A DNA stretch of 51,320 nucleotides. It comes from an uncultured Anaerolineaceae bacterium. GTDB lineage: Bacteria > Chloroflexota > Anaerolineae > Anaerolineales > UBA4823. Position 1 is the first letter of the stretch, and each line of letters begins with the position of its first letter. The stretch is from the NCBI GenBank assembly GCA_964614855.1, contig CAZTMX010000002.1:1-51320 (forward strand), given 5' to 3'. The notes below the pieces were generated by a model. It was not told the DNA's origin. It ran no database searches and saw only the letters and a list, made by a program, of their open reading frames with translations. This document shows, one piece after another, positions 46,534 to 51,320 of the stretch. The position numbers and the translations under genes are program-made.

Positions 46534-48162
46534 ATGGCCAAGCAATTAATCTTTTCTGAAGAAGCTCGCCGCCGCCTTTCGCGTGGTATGGAAACCCTTG
46601 CAGTGGCGGTTGCTACGACATTAGGCCCCAAAGGCCGCAACGTTGCGTTAGATAAAAAATTCGGTTCCCCCACCATCACCCATGATGGCGTGACCGTTGC
46701 CAAGGAAATTGAGCTGGAAGACCCCTTTGAAAACATGGGCGCTCAACTGCTCAAAGAAGCTGCCACCAAGACCAACGACATCGCCGGTGACGGCACCACC
46801 ACATCCACCGTTCTGGCCCACTCGATCGTTTTCGAAGGCATGAAGAACCTGGCTGCTGGCGCCAACCCCATGCTGCTCAAACGCGGCATCGAAGCTGCCA
46901 CCAAGGTCGTTGCTGAAAAAATCAACGAACAGGCGATTGAACTCACCACCAAAGAAGAAATCGCCAACGTAGCTTCCATTTCCGCCCAGGATCGCGTGAT
47001 TGGTGAACTGATCGCCGAAGTCATGGACAAAGTTGGTAAAGACGGCGTCATCACCGTTGAAGAATCCAAGGGTTTGGAATTCGAAACCGAGTATGTTGAA
47101 GGTATGCAATTCGATCGCGGCTATATCTCTGCATATTTCATCACCGATGCAGAGCACATGGAAGCCTCCATCGATGATCCTTACCTGCTTATCCACGATA
47201 AGAAAATCTCCGCTGCCTCTGATATCGTGCCTGTACTCGAAAAACTGGTGCAGATTGGCAAGCGTGACCTGGTGATCATCGCCGAAGATGTTGACGGTGA
47301 AGCCCTGGCTACCCTGGTGCTCAACAAACTGCGCGGTATGCTCAACGTGGTTGGTATCAAAGCCCCTGGTTTTGGCGACCGCCGCAAAGCAATGCTGCAG
47401 GACCTGGCTATCCTGACCGGCGCCACCGTGATCTCTGATGAGACCGGGCGCAAGCTGGAAAGCGCTTCGATTTCTGACCTGGGCCGCTGTGAAAAGATCG
47501 TTGTGACCAAAGATGAGACCACCGTTGTGGGTGGTAAGGGCGACGCCGGCCAGATCAAAGGCCGCATCGAGCAGATCCGCGTTGAGATCGACAAGAGCAC
47601 CAGCGATTACGACCGTGAAAAACTGCAAGAACGCCTGGCGAAGCTCTCTGGTGGTGTGGCGATCATCCGTGTAGGTGCCGCAACCGAGACCGAGCTCAAA
47701 GAAAAGAAACACCGCGTTGAAGATGCCCTTTCCGCAACCCGCGCGGCTGTTGAAGAAGGTATCGTCCCCGGTGGTGGTGTAGCCCTGATCAATGCTACTT
47801 CGGCCTTGGATGAGATGCAGATCGATGGCGATGACGCCAAGATCGGTGTCAAGATTGTCCGCCGTGCGTTGGAAACCCCGCTGCGCAAGATCGCTGAAAA
47901 TGCAGGCAAAGACGGCTCCGTTGTCCTCGAAGGCGTGCGCCGCGCTCAGGCTGAAAAAGGGAATTCCCGCATCGGTTACGATGTGATCAAGGAAGAGTAC
48001 CTGGATATGGTTGATGATGGTGTCATCGATCCCGCCAAAGTCACTCGCGGTGCATTGGAAAATGCAGCCTCGATAGCAGCGATGATCCTGACCACTGAAG
48101 CCCTGATCACCGATATCCCCGAGAAGGAAAAACCGGCTCCGCCTCCTATGCCGGAATACTAG
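46534..48162 (+). CDS. groEL: chaperonin GroEL
   Basis: 542 aa. [12 protein letters not shown] and [13 protein letters not shown] blocks are present. The C-terminus is Pro-rich rather than a GGM repeat. Confidence 0.97.
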   Translation: MAKQLIFSEEARRRLSRGMETLAVAVATTLGPKGRNVALDKKFGSPTITHDGVTVAKEIELEDPFENMGAQLLKEAATKTNDIAGDGTTTSTVLAHSIVFEGMKNLAAGANPMLLKRGIEAATKVVAEKINEQAIELTTKEEIANVASISAQDRVIGELIAEVMDKVGKDGVITVEESKGLEFETEYVEGMQFDRGYISAYFITDAEHMEASIDDPYLLIHDKKISAASDIVPVLEKLVQIGKRDLVIIAEDVDGEALATLVLNKLRGMLNVVGIKAPGFGDRRKAMLQDLAILTGATVISDETGRKLESASISDLGRCEKIVVTKDETTVVGGKGDAGQIKGRIEQIRVEIDKSTSDYDREKLQERLAKLSGGVAIIRVGAATETELKEKKHRVEDALSATRAAVEEGIVPGGGVALINATSALDEMQIDGDDAKIGVKIVRRALETPLRKIAENAGKDGSVVLEGVRRAQAEKGNSRIGYDVIKEEYLDMVDDGVIDPAKVTRGALENAASIAAMILTTEALITDIPEKEKPAPPPMPEY

Positions 48163-48188
48163 ACCGCTGAGTTGTAACGAGTAGAATT

Positions 48189-48225
48189 CCAGGGCCAGGT
48201 GATCGTTTCACCAGCCCTGGTTTTT
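48189..48225 (+). terminator. rho-independent terminator after groEL
   Basis: CCAGGGC..GGTGA (48189-48202) pairs with TCACC.GCCCTGG (48208-48220), followed by TTTTT. Confidence 0.8.
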
Positions 48226-48260
48226 GTTATTTAGTGAATGCCCCTGGTTTCAGGCTCGCT

Positions 48261-48289
48261 TTGACAAATCCTATACTCCATGCTAAAAT
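48261..48289 (+). promoter_or_regulatory. near-consensus promoter TTGACA-17-TGcTAAAAT upstream of rnj
   Basis: TTGACA at 48261-48266 and TAAAAT at 48284-48289, preceded by TGc. It predicts a leader of about 195 nt before the rnj ATG. Confidence 0.65.
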
Positions 48290-48350
48290 TTTGGCGATTT
48301 GATGGAAGGATATGCTCGACCGGAGCAATACCATTTTTCAGTAATTATTA

Positions 48351-48410
48351 GCATCGTTTTTAAACAAAAATGCTTGTTTTTAAACATGCAAACTTGTTTT
48401 TAAACAGACA
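48351..48410 (+). repeat. three tandem 20-bp units, each containing GTTTTTAAACA
   Basis: GTTTTTAAACA occurs at 48356-48366, 48376-48386 and 48396-48406, an exact 20-bp period. Units 2 and 3 share CTTGTTTTTAAACA, and in those units the core contains the inverted half-sites TGTTT/AAACA (unit 1 has CGTTT). Confidence 0.85.
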
Positions 48411-48490
48411 AGCGGTGAAATTTTCTGAAAGCCCTGGCCTGCAATCTTCTGGCGGGGCATTCGTCTTATTAAGAGGCAGGAATAATCGAT

Positions 48491-50131
48491 ATGGGTGATA
48501 AGAAGTTTAAGCTGATCCCACTGGGTGGTTTAGGCGAAGTTGGCAAGAATATGATGTGTTACGAGTATGGAAAAAATATCCTGCTCGTGGATGCCGGGAT
48601 GATGTTCCCCGAAAACGATATGCTGGGAATTGACTATATCATCCCAGATTTTCAGTATTTACAGGATAAAAAAGACTGGGTGCGCGGGATTGTCATCACT
48701 CACGGTCACGAAGACCATACCGGCGCCATCATACATCTGCTTGAGCAGATCAATGCACCGATCTATGCCACGCCATTGACACGCGGTCTGGTCGAAGTCA
48801 AGCTTTCCAAGGGCGGGTTGCTCAGCAAAACAGAATTGATCACAGTGCAGGCCGGCGATCGCGTACAAATCGGTCCGTTTTCAGTAGAGTTTTTCCATGT
48901 CTGCCATTCTATTCCTGATGGCGTAGGTCTGGGGATCACCACGCCCGCCGGGTTAATCGTACACTCCGGCGATTACAAGTTTGACCATACACCGGTGGAT
49001 AACAAACCTACAGATTATGCCAAGCTGGCTGAGCTGGCTGGTCGTGGGGTGCTGGCTTTGCTCTCCGATTCAACCAATGCCGACCATCCGGGTTGGACCC
49101 CTTCCGAACGGGTAATCGACAAGGCTTTGCATGAAGTGTTTCGCAACGCCAAAGGACGCATTATCATCGCCTCCTTTGCCTCGTTGATCTCCCGCATGCA
49201 GCAGGTGGCGGATGCAGCCAGGGAATACAAGCGGAAAATGGTTTTTGTAGGCGCCAGCATGGTCGAGAACGCAAAAATGGCGCGCGAATTAGGCTATCTT
49301 AACCTGCCCGATGACCTGGTCATCAACCTGGAACAGGCTCTAAAAATGAAGCCCAACGAAATCGTCTTTATGTCCACCGGCACACAGGGCGAGCCGACAT
49401 CAATCATGGGCCGCCTTTCCACGGGAACTAACCGCCAGTTTGATATCCAACCTGGGGATACGGTTGTCCTGTCCTCCCACCCGATCCCAGGGAATGAAGA
49501 AAGCGTTTACCGAACGATTAACCGATTATTCCGCCGCGGGGCAAATGTGATTTACGAAGCGATTGCCCCTGTGCATGTCTCCGGACATGCCAGCCAGGAG
49601 GAGATGAAGTTGCTGCTGCACCTGGTTAAGCCGAAGTATTTTATCCCGATCCATGGAGAGTTACGCCATCTGAAACAGCATGCTGAAATCGCCCGGCAGG
49701 TTGGCATCCCGGAAGACCATATTTTGGTGATTGAAAATGGCCAGATGGTGGAATTTGAAAATGGCGAGATGAAGCTTGGACCGCGCGTGCCGGGCGGTTA
49801 CATTTTCGTAGACGGCGCTGGCGTGGGCGATATCGGTCCCAGCGTGGTGCGCGAGCGGGAAGCCCTGGCGCGGGATGGATTTGTCCTGGTCAACCTGACC
49901 ATGGAACACGGTTCATACAAGCTGTTGGAAGAACCAGAGATCATCACGCGCGGGTTTATTTATGCGCGCAACGGCGATGACCTGCTTTCAGCCACACGCC
50001 AGTTGATCAAAGAAGCGGTAAACGCGGCTGAATCGAACCTGCAAGAAGATTTGGAGCAGATAATCAAAAGTTTTCTGTTCAACAAGACCCGCCGCCGCCC
50101 GATGGTTTTTGTCAGCGTCAGCAGAACCTGA
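48491..50131 (+). CDS. rnj: ribonuclease J (beta-CASP metallo-beta-lactamase RNase)
   Basis: 546 aa with the HGHEDHTGA motif, beta-CASP blocks and a C-terminal domain. Confidence 0.93.
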   Translation: MGDKKFKLIPLGGLGEVGKNMMCYEYGKNILLVDAGMMFPENDMLGIDYIIPDFQYLQDKKDWVRGIVITHGHEDHTGAIIHLLEQINAPIYATPLTRGLVEVKLSKGGLLSKTELITVQAGDRVQIGPFSVEFFHVCHSIPDGVGLGITTPAGLIVHSGDYKFDHTPVDNKPTDYAKLAELAGRGVLALLSDSTNADHPGWTPSERVIDKALHEVFRNAKGRIIIASFASLISRMQQVADAAREYKRKMVFVGASMVENAKMARELGYLNLPDDLVINLEQALKMKPNEIVFMSTGTQGEPTSIMGRLSTGTNRQFDIQPGDTVVLSSHPIPGNEESVYRTINRLFRRGANVIYEAIAPVHVSGHASQEEMKLLLHLVKPKYFIPIHGELRHLKQHAEIARQVGIPEDHILVIENGQMVEFENGEMKLGPRVPGGYIFVDGAGVGDIGPSVVREREALARDGFVLVNLTMEHGSYKLLEEPEIITRGFIYARNGDDLLSATRQLIKEAVNAAESNLQEDLEQIIKSFLFNKTRRRPMVFVSVSRT

Positions 50132-50142
50132 CCCCGGCGAAT

Positions 50143-50796
50143 TTACTCACCCCAACCCCACCTGCCGATCAACGGCACAAACGCCACGGGAATGATGGTC
50201 TCTTGTTTGTATTCCGATCCCTGGCGCCGCCACCTTTCCAGGTATTGACCGCCGCGCTCGCCTACCGGGATCACCAGCCTGCCGCCGTCGCTCAACTGCT
50301 CCAGCAGCGCTTGCGGGATGTGAGGCGCAGCTGCGGTAACGATAATGCCGTCATAAGGCGCAAATTCCGCCAGCCCCAAGGTGCCGTCGCCGGTATGCAC
50401 CTGGATATTGTGCAGGTTAAGCTGGCTCAAGATTTTCTGTGCCTGGTTGGCGAGCCCGGGATGGCGTTCTATGGTGTGAACCTGGCGAGCCAGCAGGCTG
50501 AGGATCGCCGCCTGGTATCCTGATCCGCAGCCGACTTCTAAGACAGTCTCACTGCCGCGCAATTCAAGTAATTCGGTCATTAGTGCAACGATATAGGGTT
50601 GTGAGATGGTTTGACCATGTCCGATGGGCAATGGACCGTCGCCGTAAGCCATATGGCGGTATTCTGCTGGGACAAAGAAATGCCTGGGGATGCTGCGCAT
50701 GGCTTCCAGCACCTGGGGCGAGTGGACGCCCCTGTTGATGATCTGGTTTTGCACCATATCCTCGCGGTCCAGGTCAAAAAGGGCGTCATCTGTCAT
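50143..50796 (-). CDS. pcm: protein-L-isoaspartate O-methyltransferase
   Basis: 217 aa with GQTISQPYIVALMTELL and the SAM motif VLEVGCGSGYQAA. Confidence 0.9.
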   Translation of the reverse strand: MTDDALFDLDREDMVQNQIINRGVHSPQVLEAMRSIPRHFFVPAEYRHMAYGDGPLPIGHGQTISQPYIVALMTELLELRGSETVLEVGCGSGYQAAILSLLARQVHTIERHPGLANQAQKILSQLNLHNIQVHTGDGTLGLAEFAPYDGIIVTAAAPHIPQALLEQLSDGGRLVIPVGERGGQYLERWRRQGSEYKQETIIPVAFVPLIGRWGWGE

Positions 50797-50867
50797 CTTG
50801 GTTGCTTATCCTGCAAGCATTTCCGTCCGCTGATCACAAATCAAAAAAAATACACACTGGCAAAATA

Positions 50868-51320
50868 TCAGGAAAGCAGGTATGCCATCACCCAGCGTGT
50901 GGTCCCCACCAGCGCGTCCAGGTGGGTCCGCTCATAGCTGTGCGAGGCATCCACACCCGGGCCGATCAATGCCACAGCCACGTCTGCGCCTGCGCGCCAG
51001 TATGCCTCGCCGTCGGAGCCGTAGAAAGGGTAGATATCCACTTTGTAGGGGATAATGTTCGCCTCTGCCAGGGAGCGCAGACGCTGGCTCATGCCATGGT
51101 GATAGGGACCGCCGGAGTCCTTGACGCACAGCGTGGCGTGAAACTCATCCGAGGCCTGTCCAGCGCCGACTGCTGCCATATCGACGGTGAGCAGCTCGGT
51201 CACTTCGGCAGGGATGCCCGCAGATGCGCCGTGCCCGACTTCTTCATAATTGCTGATGTGGAAGTATGTGGTCTGGCGCGGTTTCAACCCCGCATCTTGC
51301 AGCGCCTTGACGGCAGCTAC
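50868..51320 (-). CDS. C-terminal part of an M42-family metallopeptidase (aminopeptidase/FrvX-like); the N-terminus lies outside the window
   Basis: The frame is open to the window edge. The blocks EEVGHGASAG..., VDMAAVG..., YPFYGSDG and DASHSYERTH resemble M42 peptidases. Confidence 0.65.
   Translation of the reverse strand, partial: VAAVKALQDAGLKPRQTTYFHISNYEEVGHGASAGIPAEVTELLTVDMAAVGAGQASDEFHATLCVKDSGGPYHHGMSQRLRSLAEANIIPYKVDIYPFYGSDGEAYWRAGADVAVALIGPGVDASHSYERTHLDALVGTTRWVMAYLLS

Noticed and set aside
46648-47712. 354-aa ORF on the minus strand
   Set aside because: It is antisense to groEL. The translation is repetitive and Gly/Phe/Asp-rich and mirrors the groEL codon periodicity. It is not a gene.
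48351-48410. Possibility that the three repeats form a mini CRISPR array
   Set aside because: The units are contiguous 20-mers with no spacers, there are only three copies, and no cas genes are present. This is not CRISPR-like.
1-51320. Mobile elements, prophage, genomic island or defence system
   Set aside because: I recognised no transposase, integrase, recombinase, toxin-antitoxin, restriction-modification or cas-like translation in any frame. There is no flanking tRNA and there are no long direct or inverted terminal repeats. Gene content is core housekeeping throughout.

Overview
This is a 51.3-kb, densely coded chromosomal window with about 45 protein genes. I found no rRNA, tRNA, CRISPR array, transposase, integrase or prophage signature. 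Most of it is housekeeping: a recD2 fragment, a SpoVS homologue, gatC-gatA and gatB, glutamate dehydrogenase, dnaN, endonuclease V, rho, polA and PolX. It also holds an hrcA-grpE-dnaK-dnaJ-prmA string and groES-groEL, each preceded by a perfect CIRCE operator, plus trmD, RNase J and pcm. The gene content (monoderm-type HrcA/CIRCE heat-shock control, RNase J, PolX, SpoVS, GatCAB) and the mid-range GC are compatible with a Chloroflexota/Anaerolineae-like organism. That assignment is inference only; I cannot run a search. I do not see a clear-cut novel multi-gene system such as a defence island. The items most worth a second look are: (1) a corrinoid protein plus two tandem non-pyrrolysine MttB-family methyltransferases next to an M20 amidohydrolase; (2) a PPDK_N-type ATP-grasp protein lacking a phosphohistidine domain, translationally coupled to a deoxynucleoside kinase; (3) three exactly 20-bp-phased copies of GTTTTTAAACA in the predicted RNase J leader; (4) a protein with a degenerate P-loop, a DUF697-like segment and a zinc ribbon; (5) a very acidic 60-aa ORF directly downstream of rho, and a C-rich rho leader; (6) several structured or palindromic intergenic elements. 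Long antisense shadow ORFs opposite dnaN, gdh, dnaK, dnaJ, groEL and the MttB genes were rejected. All coordinates for motifs were counted by hand from the printed sequence.
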